Source: Methanobacteriota archaeon (GTDB lineage Archaea > Thermoplasmatota > Thermoplasmata > SG8-5 > JAGLSY01). From it: DNA of 64,000 nt. Shown piece after piece: positions 1 through 9,721 of the stretch. Under the pieces are notes generated by a model. The model was not told the DNA's origin. It saw only the letters and a program-made list of their open reading frames with translations, and searched no databases. The stretch's first letter is position 1. Every line of letters starts with the position of its first letter. The DNA is taken from contig JAEHCO010000001.1 of NCBI GenBank assembly GCA_020697715.1, forward strand, positions 778,149 to 842,148, given 5' to 3'. Made by a program: the position numbers and the translations under genes.

Positions 1-2082
1 CAGGACTATACATGGAGCTTCACCAGCGAGATGCAGTCCAATATCCAATCCTGGTTGGATGATGATTCAACCAATTATGGATGGCTGGTCCGAGGAGACG
101 AAACATTAGATGGTGTATCCAAGGCCAAGCATTTCTACACTCGAGAATATTCAGTTGCCGAGGATAGGCCACAATTGACCATCAGATACACTCCGGACAC
201 TTTGCCGGATCCAATAGGGTACAATGACACCTTCTGGTTATGTGGGGACGATGCTGGCGGAGGAATGACCTGTGTCTACAAAGTTGTTCCAGATGTAAGC
301 CTCAGCCTGGTAAATATGGGGAAGACCGTTGCCCAACCGTTGACCTCAATAGCCTGTGATGATGATGGGAACCCACTGGCTGTCGGCCACAATCAGGCAA
401 ATATGTTCTATTACGACATCACAGCGACCACCTGGTATGATGTTGGAGGGACCATGCTTACGGACTGTGATTTCGAAGGCGTGGATTATAATCCAAATGA
501 TGGAAGATTCTACGTAGCGGGATACAATGGCAACTGGGCATGGCCAGTGGTTTATTACACAGATCCAGGCCCATTGAACAATGGAACTTCAAGTGCCTAT
601 TACTACCAGTCTACTGATTTAACCAGCGATTGCTATCTCTATTCAATTGCCTGGAACGAGTTGTATGATTATGGATTGGCCGTGGGTGAAGAGGGGCATA
701 TCCTCAAGGTCTGGCCCTTCGATCATAATGGCGATGGCACAATGATGTACGAGGATATTTCCATTAATTTCGGGGATTACTACTACGATGTTTCGTGGGA
801 CACAGATGGATGGGATGAGGCAGGTATCGTTGGCAGTGACAGCATGGGCTGGGATGGTCTGTATTACAGATATTACCAGTCTAACCCGGAGATCATACTC
901 GGACATGACAGCAATGATGGAAGTTATTATCGTGCATGCGCGATGAAGCCCCCGTCAAGTCCAAAATGGCTGTTCATCCCAACATCCAGTGGAGGTGTCA
1001 AAGCCAATATCCAGGCTCTGGATCAAAGTTCCACAGTATCGGCCAGTTCCTTATTCCCCAACATATACTGGGCGGGTTTGAACGATACGGCCATGAACTC
1101 GAAGAACAATATGATGATCAATCCTGATTCGGACTTCTACATAACCTTCGAGGCGAATTATAGTGGAGGCTGGAACCAGATCCAAGCAGACATCCACATA
1201 TGGTATGATGATGGGTGGACGGGCACCAACTCACAATACCCTGCTGAAACACCAAATAATAGGAATTGGGCCATCAACCTGACCTATGATCCTAATGCTG
1301 GCTCCTATGTGGTGAATTACCCATCTACCCCTGTTTTGGAAGCCACCATTGGTGCGTATTCAGATACAATTGTTTCAGCGCATCCAGATCCAACTCAATC
1401 CATACATCGAGTTGAGTTGCCTATCCATTTTGGTGGCCAGATGTTCGCTGCAGATGGAAGTGGTTCCATGGGTGCAGGTCCAGATTATCACACTGACCCG
1501 AACATAGCACTTGATAGAGGAAACACTTGGGATTTCAATGTAACACTGTATGATAGTGCCAGTATCGCGAAGAAGAATAGTACATATGGTGAATTCGGAG
1601 TCAATCAGGCGATCTCCATATCTATTGCGGGAAATCCATCAGGAGATGCACCACCTGGTTCAAATGGCGTATACCTGGGAAGCAATGTCATAACATACTC
1701 GACCAACACGAACTACTGGGTCAATATGTCAATACCTGACTTGGACAAGGCAGGAGGAGGGTCATCTATTCCGGCAAGCAATCTGCAGGTACAGAACACC
1801 AATGGTCTTTCCACTCTGCCATCTGCTTCTGAGATCGGTGCCCAGACATACTTCTCTGGGGCAGATCAGAAGCTCTGTGTTTGGGGAATATCTGGACCTG
1901 CCGTGCCATTGGCCTCACCTGGAAATGGAACTACAGCCCATGGGCCGTGGGGTTCCAATTACAATAATTATGGTGACCCAGGAGGGACCACGAGCATTGA
2001 CTGGTACATAGATCTACCAAGCTCGCTACAATCGGGAATATACACGGCCACTATCACATATTCTATAGAGACGCAGGGGTGA
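1..2082 (+). CDS. Array gene 1 (5'-truncated): secreted beta-propeller surface protein with a DNRLRE-like domain and the shared C-terminal domain
   Basis: Frame is open from base 1 (QDYTWSFTSEMQ...). 'QSWLDDDSTNYGWLVRG...FYTREY...RPQLTIRY' is the end of a DNRLRE-type domain, followed by propeller-like blades, GNPSGDAPPG, NGTTAHGPWGS and C-terminal GIYTATITYSIE. Most divergent member. Confidence 0.85.
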   Translation, partial: QDYTWSFTSEMQSNIQSWLDDDSTNYGWLVRGDETLDGVSKAKHFYTREYSVAEDRPQLTIRYTPDTLPDPIGYNDTFWLCGDDAGGGMTCVYKVVPDVSLSLVNMGKTVAQPLTSIACDDDGNPLAVGHNQANMFYYDITATTWYDVGGTMLTDCDFEGVDYNPNDGRFYVAGYNGNWAWPVVYYTDPGPLNNGTSSAYYYQSTDLTSDCYLYSIAWNELYDYGLAVGEEGHILKVWPFDHNGDGTMMYEDISINFGDYYYDVSWDTDGWDEAGIVGSDSMGWDGLYYRYYQSNPEIILGHDSNDGSYYRACAMKPPSSPKWLFIPTSSGGVKANIQALDQSSTVSASSLFPNIYWAGLNDTAMNSKNNMMINPDSDFYITFEANYSGGWNQIQADIHIWYDDGWTGTNSQYPAETPNNRNWAINLTYDPNAGSYVVNYPSTPVLEATIGAYSDTIVSAHPDPTQSIHRVELPIHFGGQMFAADGSGSMGAGPDYHTDPNIALDRGNTWDFNVTLYDSASIAKKNSTYGEFGVNQAISISIAGNPSGDAPPGSNGVYLGSNVITYSTNTNYWVNMSIPDLDKAGGGSSIPASNLQVQNTNGLSTLPSASEIGAQTYFSGADQKLCVWGISGPAVPLASPGNGTTAHGPWGSNYNNYGDPGGTTSIDWYIDLPSSLQSGIYTATITYSIETQG

Positions 2083-2085
2083 TTG

Positions 2086-5000
2086 ATGAATAGAAAACTA
2101 GTATCCACATTGATAATCGCGATCCTCCTCAGCGTGAGCTTTGGCTATGGATTGGTCATGAATGCGGGAGCTAGTAATTTTGTCGAGGATATTGAGGGAC
2201 CTGATGCTACATTCAGAGATGTGATCTGGAATAATAATGGGACCAGCTCTTATGTGGTTGGTAATGATTCGGCCAATAATGGAGTGGTGTACACCTACAC
2301 GGCCGAGGACGAGACCTGGAATCCAATATCAAGTGTAGCTGGTGATAGCTACAATGCTATTTCCAGAACAGGATCCTACACATGGACGGATGATATTGAA
2401 AGTGGAAGTAATGGATGGACCACGGATAACTGGCAAAGCTCAACTCCAGCTCCAGCCCCAACCTCTTCCAACTCCTCTCTTGTGGGCGAGTGGAAGTTCG
2501 ACGAGGGTGTTGGTCAATACACTAACGATACTAGTGGAAGAGATAATGACGGGACACTTCTTGACTTTGATCCTGGAAATGCAGACCTGAACACACCTCC
2601 TGTGTGGACGCCAAATGGAGTATCTGGTAGTGCTCTGTATTTCGATGGCGTCGATGATTATGTGGACATCGATTATATTCCCAATACATTCAACAATCAC
2701 GACTTCTCAATTAGTGTATGGGTGCATCCAACTGCATCTATGTCGTATGGGGTCATATATGCTGTGGGAGAAACTGGTGGTGGCGCAGATAAGGCCATTG
2801 AATTCAAGCTGAGCAGTGGTGTCGTGGATATATGGCATTGGAGTGACAATTGGAATACGGGCTGTACGGTAAATCTGGGTGAATGGACTTACTTGACCTA
2901 CAATTATGTGAGCTCGACTAAGACCGGTTCCATCTATGTCGATGGCCAATTCGAGAACAGCCACATATTCAGTGGTTACCTTGATATCAATGATGATGGC
3001 TACATACCAAGCCAGATCGGCCTGGGATATCCCGGCAGGTATTATAAGGGCTACATAGACGAGGTTCAGATATACAACAAAACTTTGTCTTCGACAGAAA
3101 TATCTGATAAGTATAACATAACTGGCAACAAGGTTGGGGAATGGAAGCTGGATGAGGGGGCTGGGATCAATGCCGCAGACACAAGTCAACACAGCAATCT
3201 CGGAACGCTCACCAATATGGACGATACTAATTGGGTGGATGGAATATTTGGAAAGGCATTGCACTTTGATGGATCATCAGAATTTGTGGATTGTGGGAAC
3301 GATACCAGCCTGGATCTGCCTCATAGATTCTCCATCGAGGCCTGGGTGAAGCCAACCAGCGCAGGTACTGGAACATATCGTACAGTGGTCAGCAAAGCCA
3401 TTCAAAACACGGCTACTGGTATTTCATACGCCTATCTATTGAGCACGGATAATCGGGTCATCATCTATCTAGGGAATGGGGTGACCAGTGAGAACTATAT
3501 TAGTAATACTCCTTTGACACCCGATGTCTGGAATCATATTGCGATCGTGGCTACAGATACCGAACTCATATCCTATCTTAATGGACAGCCTGATGGAGCC
3601 AAGTTGACACATACCGTAACTCCACAGGTCATAGGTTCGAATGTCAGGATCGGAGTGAAAGCAATGGCTCCCACGCAATACTTTAATGGGGCCATCGATG
3701 AAGTGAATATTTGGAATTATTCACTTTCCCCCGATGATATCCTGGCCAATTACAATAATAGCTTGAGTAATGCCCTGGTAGGCGATTGGAAATTGGATGA
3801 GGGGTCTGGTTTCCTGGCAAGTGATGATACCCAGTACGAAAATGATGGTGCCCTCATTAACATGGAAGAGGCGGATTGGGTTGACGGAATATCTGGAAAA
3901 GCTCTGCTATTCGATGGCGTAGATGAATTTGTCAATTGTGGCAATGATTCGAGTTTGGACATGATCGATGAACTGACATTGGAAGCCTGGTTCAAGCCGC
4001 AAGCTGACGGATGGAAGTTCAAGAAGGCCCTGACCATCAGTGGCTCGGCATCCCCCCTTACCAATCACCAGGTGAAGATCGACCTTGATGCCGGGAACTT
4101 TGATTTCTCCAAAGCGGATCCCAATGGTGATGACATCAGATTCTACGATGATCTCGGAACAAAGTTAGATTACTGGATAGCCAATTGGGGAGCAGGGTTG
4201 GCAACGGTGTGGGTGAATGTCTCGAGCATACCCATTTCTGGCACGACCATCTATATGCATTACGGAAACTCGGTAGCTTCAAGTGAAAGCGACCACACCG
4301 CGGTCTTTGAACCATACACCATCACTTACAATATAGCCAGCAGTGCAGGTACCTTCGGCAATGTAGGCTCATCCATGTATCTGGGCAGTCCTGTGAATGC
4401 ACCTGGAGGGAAGGCCTTGAACATCGTGACACAAACAGGAATGAGTTTCAGTACCGCTTCATTCCCAATAGATCTTGAGCTTCAGATATGGGATGGGCTC
4501 AGTGATCCGTCCACACTCGAATACACATTCTCCCCACAAACCGTCTCCACTTTAGGATGGTTCTATTCACCGGTCGAGTTCCAAGAGGTTGATATTAACA
4601 ACGGATTATGGGTTGTCATACACAAACTGGCAGGCGGAACAGCATCAGGGGTTGACTGTGCAAGCACCATACCATCTGGTTTGGGAAGATATTCGGCCGA
4701 TGGCGCTTCTTGGAACTCATGGGGGGGCAATCCACCATCTGTATTCTTTAACGGATACATGCGAAATACTGCAATCCCGGAACCATCTATAATTGTTGGG
4801 GATGAAAATGTTGTCGGAATCAGCAAGCTAGACGCTTATGGCATGGGAGCAGATACTTCCTCAGTATATTCCAGTATAAACGGTGTGGTCATTGATTCAG
4901 CCATAGTAGCCGGTTGGAATCATGCTGCCTTGACCTATGACAGTGCCCTAGGCTCGAACCACATGAAACTGTACGTCAATGGTGCTCTTGCAGGACAAGC

Positions 5001-7470
5001 GAATAATGCAGGAGGGATCAGCTCGAACGGTAATGATCTAATAATAGGGGACAAAATTGCTTTCAATGGTACCATTGATGAGGTAAAGGTCTGGAGTCGT
5101 GCCCTTAATGATACTGAGATATCCGAACGCTATAGCAGTTTCAATGTGACGGCGTCATTAGGTTGGCAGGTCAATGATCCTTCCACTCTGCCTGTTCCGG
5201 GCTCTGGTATCGACCATGGAATCGCAGCCAGCGGGAACAATATATGGTGGTTTGGTGATAATGCAACAGGCAATTACGATACTGGAGAAAGGGTCACAGG
5301 AAGTCTTGTATCTCCAGAAACACATCTACCCGGTTCCTCTTTGACTGGTCAATTGGCGTTCAGCCACTGGTTCGATGTCGAGCCAGGCAATCCCGGTATG
5401 GATATGATGACCGTGTCCATAAAGAACACCACTGATGGTGTTTGGACAGAATTGAGATACTGGGACAGCGACAGTACCCCGATATCCAGTTGGGACAATG
5501 AGACAATAGACATCACTGGATGGTTGGGTAATGATGTCCAGGTGAGCTTCACATTTGATTCCGTGGATGAGAACAATAATGACTATGCGGGATGGCACAT
5601 CGATAATATCACTTTCCAGACCGATGGCGGCGCGTACATTGTCGTTGGTGATATCCCAACAGGAGCGGGCTATTCGGCCTATGTCATGGACGATCTGGGT
5701 AATATGAAAGATATCGATGGAATGAATACCATCGGGTTCAATGATGTGGCTGGCGATCCAGACTCAGCTTCTTTCGTAGCTGTAGGTGGCGATGTAGGAA
5801 TTTACTATGATGGCGGGAGTTGGAATGTATTAACTGGCATCATCGCAGGAGATTCCATGAATGGAGTGGAGTTCAATGGAACTCATTTCTTCATTGTGGG
5901 TCATGATTCGGGTGGCCTGGGCAAGTCATTTTACATAACACAAAGTGAGCTGGATTCAGGTCAGTTCGCCCTACATTCCATAGCCAATACCCCGTCCAAG
6001 AGATTGAATTCAATAGACTGGCATAATGATGTAGGTTCTGGCACCGGCCTGGTCTGTGCTGAAGGAGCCGTATACCTTCTGAGCAGTAGCTTCACATGGC
6101 AGGAGCTATCAGGTAATAATGCCACAGTGGATTACACTGCGTCAACTTGGAATGAGACAGGCATGAGGGCCATAATAGTCGGCAATACACCGACAAGAAG
6201 TGTGGCCTACGATCTCTACGATGGTAATGACTATATATCTAAAGTTCCAGACTATGATAATTTATTCCAGAACCACAAACTATACGGTGCCGAGTACCAG
6301 CCTATCACTGAAGGAGATACAGAGGTAATGCTGGTAGGAGCCAGTGCCTTCAAGATAATACCAAAGTTCTTCGACCAGACCACACAGGTATCGGTGGAGA
6401 CAGATCGCCCCTCATTATTCGACATCCAATTTTATAAGACAAGTGATGGTACAAAAGCATCCAGGCTCAATACCCAGATCAATGTTGAAGATACCTACAC
6501 ATTCTACACTGAAGTAAATTACAGCTCAGGTGGTAGTGATATGCTGTTCGATGGGATCAATAATACAGCAATGGACATAATCGCATGGTACGATGATGGT
6601 GGGGTCAATGAGTTCACTATTCCGGCTGAGGATGCAGAACACAGGAACAGGATGTTCAATGTCACATGGTATGAGGGAGATGGTGGAGGATCACCTCAGA
6701 ATGCCATAATGAAGTACCCGATAGCCAGCCCTGGAACCAATGAGTTCCAGGTGATGGGCTTTAACAGTGGTCCTGCGGGTGGAGATCACTGGTGGATTGA
6801 GATCGAGGTCTATATTGGATCCCAGGCCAATGCGGCAGATGGCATTGGATTTGGAAATGGTGTATCGGGCAATGAAAGTGATGCCATACAATCCTTCAAT
6901 GATGCGGATTCATGGAATTTCATGATAAATATGCATGATATTGGATCTCCAACAGCTTCGGATATCAGATACGAGGAGTTTGGATTGTTCAGATTCACGA
7001 ACATAACGGTATCTGGAAATCCTGGTGGAAGTGCACCTCCGGGCACGACCGATCATGCCCTTAGTGGTGGAAGCCTGATCACATACTCCACCAATGTGGA
7101 TCATTTTGTAAATGTGTCAATACCAGACATGCTAAGAGATGGAGGGGGAGGCAGCATACTGGCAACCAATGTCAATGTCTCGACGTCCAGTGTTCTTGCA
7201 AATAATTCAAATTCACAGATCGACAGCTCTTGGGGTCCTGCTGGAAGGTCCTTCTCAGGAGCCAATATGCCGCTTGGTGTTTGGGGCAATGCCAGCCAGG
7301 TGGATAAGGACATTGATGCCCCGAAAAATGGAACAACGGCCCACGGGCCATGGGGCTCGGATTTCAATGGTCATGGCGCCACTGTCGTACTTTGGTATGT
7401 CAGTGTGCCAGCCGCAACTATTGAAGGAGTTTACCGGGCCAAGGTGACATTCACAATAGAATACTATTGA
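2086..7470 (+). CDS. Array gene 2: secreted propeller protein with inserted MAM-like, 3x LamG and DUF2341 domains plus the shared C-terminal domain
   Basis: GGGGTGA SD before ATG 2086; signal peptide; three VG(E/D)WK(F/L)DEG LamG repeats; DFSKADPNGDDIRF (DUF2341-like); WWFG...YD...GWHIDNI (MAM/immune-inhibitor-A-like); ends GVYRAKVTFTIEYY. Confidence 0.9.
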   Translation: MNRKLVSTLIIAILLSVSFGYGLVMNAGASNFVEDIEGPDATFRDVIWNNNGTSSYVVGNDSANNGVVYTYTAEDETWNPISSVAGDSYNAISRTGSYTWTDDIESGSNGWTTDNWQSSTPAPAPTSSNSSLVGEWKFDEGVGQYTNDTSGRDNDGTLLDFDPGNADLNTPPVWTPNGVSGSALYFDGVDDYVDIDYIPNTFNNHDFSISVWVHPTASMSYGVIYAVGETGGGADKAIEFKLSSGVVDIWHWSDNWNTGCTVNLGEWTYLTYNYVSSTKTGSIYVDGQFENSHIFSGYLDINDDGYIPSQIGLGYPGRYYKGYIDEVQIYNKTLSSTEISDKYNITGNKVGEWKLDEGAGINAADTSQHSNLGTLTNMDDTNWVDGIFGKALHFDGSSEFVDCGNDTSLDLPHRFSIEAWVKPTSAGTGTYRTVVSKAIQNTATGISYAYLLSTDNRVIIYLGNGVTSENYISNTPLTPDVWNHIAIVATDTELISYLNGQPDGAKLTHTVTPQVIGSNVRIGVKAMAPTQYFNGAIDEVNIWNYSLSPDDILANYNNSLSNALVGDWKLDEGSGFLASDDTQYENDGALINMEEADWVDGISGKALLFDGVDEFVNCGNDSSLDMIDELTLEAWFKPQADGWKFKKALTISGSASPLTNHQVKIDLDAGNFDFSKADPNGDDIRFYDDLGTKLDYWIANWGAGLATVWVNVSSIPISGTTIYMHYGNSVASSESDHTAVFEPYTITYNIASSAGTFGNVGSSMYLGSPVNAPGGKALNIVTQTGMSFSTASFPIDLELQIWDGLSDPSTLEYTFSPQTVSTLGWFYSPVEFQEVDINNGLWVVIHKLAGGTASGVDCASTIPSGLGRYSADGASWNSWGGNPPSVFFNGYMRNTAIPEPSIIVGDENVVGISKLDAYGMGADTSSVYSSINGVVIDSAIVAGWNHAALTYDSALGSNHMKLYVNGALAGQANNAGGISSNGNDLIIGDKIAFNGTIDEVKVWSRALNDTEISERYSSFNVTASLGWQVNDPSTLPVPGSGIDHGIAASGNNIWWFGDNATGNYDTGERVTGSLVSPETHLPGSSLTGQLAFSHWFDVEPGNPGMDMMTVSIKNTTDGVWTELRYWDSDSTPISSWDNETIDITGWLGNDVQVSFTFDSVDENNNDYAGWHIDNITFQTDGGAYIVVGDIPTGAGYSAYVMDDLGNMKDIDGMNTIGFNDVAGDPDSASFVAVGGDVGIYYDGGSWNVLTGIIAGDSMNGVEFNGTHFFIVGHDSGGLGKSFYITQSELDSGQFALHSIANTPSKRLNSIDWHNDVGSGTGLVCAEGAVYLLSSSFTWQELSGNNATVDYTASTWNETGMRAIIVGNTPTRSVAYDLYDGNDYISKVPDYDNLFQNHKLYGAEYQPITEGDTEVMLVGASAFKIIPKFFDQTTQVSVETDRPSLFDIQFYKTSDGTKASRLNTQINVEDTYTFYTEVNYSSGGSDMLFDGINNTAMDIIAWYDDGGVNEFTIPAEDAEHRNRMFNVTWYEGDGGGSPQNAIMKYPIASPGTNEFQVMGFNSGPAGGDHWWIEIEVYIGSQANAADGIGFGNGVSGNESDAIQSFNDADSWNFMINMHDIGSPTASDIRYEEFGLFRFTNITVSGNPGGSAPPGTTDHALSGGSLITYSTNVDHFVNVSIPDMLRDGGGGSILATNVNVSTSSVLANNSNSQIDSSWGPAGRSFSGANMPLGVWGNASQVDKDIDAPKNGTTAHGPWGSDFNGHGATVVLWYVSVPAATIEGVYRAKVTFTIEYY

Positions 7471-7489
7471 AAAAGATGGAGGAATATAG

Positions 7490-9715
7490 ATGAACAGAAA
7501 GCTGGCCGTAATGGCGATAGTGACCGCGATGGTCTGTCTCAGCTTAGCGAGCGTGTCTCCCAGCGTAGGTGCAGGAGATGTAGGTGGCGATGTGGTGGAG
7601 AAACTGCTCTCAACACCAGCAGGCATGATATTCGAAGATATTGCATGGTCTGATGATGGGACGATAGCATTGGCCGTTGGTTATGATTCCAATGGTGATG
7701 GAAGGAATGCCGCTTGGTATTATCCTGATATCAATACATGGGCATCGATCAACAATTATCCATACCCTGCTGGCTATACTTTGAATGCTGTTGCATGGAG
7801 TACGCAGAACAGTATGTTCTACATGGCTGGAGAAACAGATGGTGGCAGCTTGATCACGTGCTATTACATAACCAAAGGTGGTGCTACAGTAACACGATTG
7901 CCATCTAGCGGAACCGAACCCACCTTGTCCATGAATGACATTGCCGTTGATGTTTATGGTAATGCACTTGCTGTCGGATCCGATGATAGGGTCTATTTCT
8001 TCCATAACAGTGGTGGAACCTGGTATCCTGTGAATGATGCAGATGATGCACTGCCCAATGCGGATTACTTTGGTGTTGATTATGAATCCACCTACCAGCG
8101 CTTCTACATTGTGGGAGAGGTACAGGGCGGAGGTGAGGCAATGATCACCTACACAAATATGATACCAAATGCTGGTGTTATTCCTGCCAGCCATATCAAT
8201 TATCTATCAGCACAATTGCCATTTCTTCCAGAGTTCTACTCCATCGCCTGGAACAATGATCCAAATATGCCTGCAGCTGATAAATACGCTCTAGTGGGTG
8301 GAACCGATATCCTGATAGGAATTGGCCTTGTAGAAGAAGGAATGCAGTTCTATCCAGGCACAGGTAGCTATCCAAATGGTGTCTATCATCACATAACTTG
8401 GGATGAATCCACATGGGAAGAGGCCTCATTGATATCCAATGTGGGCACTACCAGTTATCTTTATCAGTTCATCAACAGTTCGAAGAGCATTGTTCTTCTC
8501 GGTCAGAAGACTCAGCCAGACACTTACAATGCTGTGGATTACAAGCCTCCTGCGAGCCCCAGCTGGGGATTTGTAGTTGGAGCAACAGGCGGATACCAGA
8601 TCAATACCAATGCCTTCCATTCCGATACCACGATAACCATCAGCTCGGATATGCCACATATCTTCTCCATGGATATGTGGAAGCAGTCCGCTGGTATCGG
8701 CGGAGCCTCCAAATTCAATACCCAGGTCGATGTGAATACTGTATACACTTTCGCCATCGAGATAAATTACACGGTGGGTGGGGTCAATAAGATCTTTGAT
8801 GGAATAGATGATGTGCGTATTGTCCTGGAAGCCTATTATGACGAAGGTAGTGCCGGTAGTTTCGCCGAGCCTACCTGGGCTACCACTGATAATCGAACAA
8901 GGCAGTTCAGTTTCCTATGGGAAGAAGGTGTTGCCGGTGATTCCGTGAACATGGTCTATCCGATTGGCAGTCCTGGAACAGATGAGGTCCAGCTGGTTAA
9001 TGGATGGCGAGATCCTGTAGGCTATGGTGGAGATGGATTCACTTTCAAATTATACTTCAATGTGTCATTCGGAGCCCAAATGCGGGCTGCCGATGGCAAT
9101 GGATTCGGCAATGGTGCCTCATCAGAACCATGGGATGAGGCAGCGTCCTTTGATGATCTCAATTCCTGGAATATAGGTATGATGATCTATGATGGCGCTT
9201 ACCCTGGTGCGGCCAATGCCTCATATGAGGAGTTCGGCGTGTTCCAGTATTCGAACATCACAGTATCTGGAAGTCCCGCAGGCAATGCGCCACCTGGAAC
9301 AGTAGACCAGGTTCTCGGTAATCCAAGCCAGATCACAGTAACTTCCAATATTCCTTATTATGTCAATGTGTCAGTGCCAGACCTTGCAAAGATCGGAGGC
9401 GGTCTACCTATATCTGCTAATAATGTGAAGGTCAGGTCGACTAGCACATTGGCATCTGATACTAACAGTATGATCAGAAATATGCAGGCATTCCCTGCAG
9501 CAAATGTGAACATCAGTGTATGGGGAAACACCAGCCAAGTTTTCAGCAACTGGATGGTGGCAGCACCGATGAATGGAACGACGGCCCACGGGCCATGGGG
9601 TTCTGATTACAATGGTTATGCGACCACGGACCTACTCTGGTATGTGACCATTCCTGGTGCCACTGCCGAGGGGATCTACCAGGCGACCATCACCTTCAGG
9701 ATCGGATATTATTAG
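7490..9715 (+). CDS. Array gene 3: minimal member (propeller + middle + C-terminal domain, no insert), 741 aa
   Basis: GGAGG SD; signal peptide; repeated DIAW/AVAW/SIAW blades; ends GIYQATITFRIGYY. Confidence 0.9.
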   Translation: MNRKLAVMAIVTAMVCLSLASVSPSVGAGDVGGDVVEKLLSTPAGMIFEDIAWSDDGTIALAVGYDSNGDGRNAAWYYPDINTWASINNYPYPAGYTLNAVAWSTQNSMFYMAGETDGGSLITCYYITKGGATVTRLPSSGTEPTLSMNDIAVDVYGNALAVGSDDRVYFFHNSGGTWYPVNDADDALPNADYFGVDYESTYQRFYIVGEVQGGGEAMITYTNMIPNAGVIPASHINYLSAQLPFLPEFYSIAWNNDPNMPAADKYALVGGTDILIGIGLVEEGMQFYPGTGSYPNGVYHHITWDESTWEEASLISNVGTTSYLYQFINSSKSIVLLGQKTQPDTYNAVDYKPPASPSWGFVVGATGGYQINTNAFHSDTTITISSDMPHIFSMDMWKQSAGIGGASKFNTQVDVNTVYTFAIEINYTVGGVNKIFDGIDDVRIVLEAYYDEGSAGSFAEPTWATTDNRTRQFSFLWEEGVAGDSVNMVYPIGSPGTDEVQLVNGWRDPVGYGGDGFTFKLYFNVSFGAQMRAADGNGFGNGASSEPWDEAASFDDLNSWNIGMMIYDGAYPGAANASYEEFGVFQYSNITVSGSPAGNAPPGTVDQVLGNPSQITVTSNIPYYVNVSVPDLAKIGGGLPISANNVKVRSTSTLASDTNSMIRNMQAFPAANVNISVWGNTSQVFSNWMVAAPMNGTTAHGPWGSDYNGYATTDLLWYVTIPGATAEGIYQATITFRIGYY

Positions 9716-9721
9716 GGGGAT

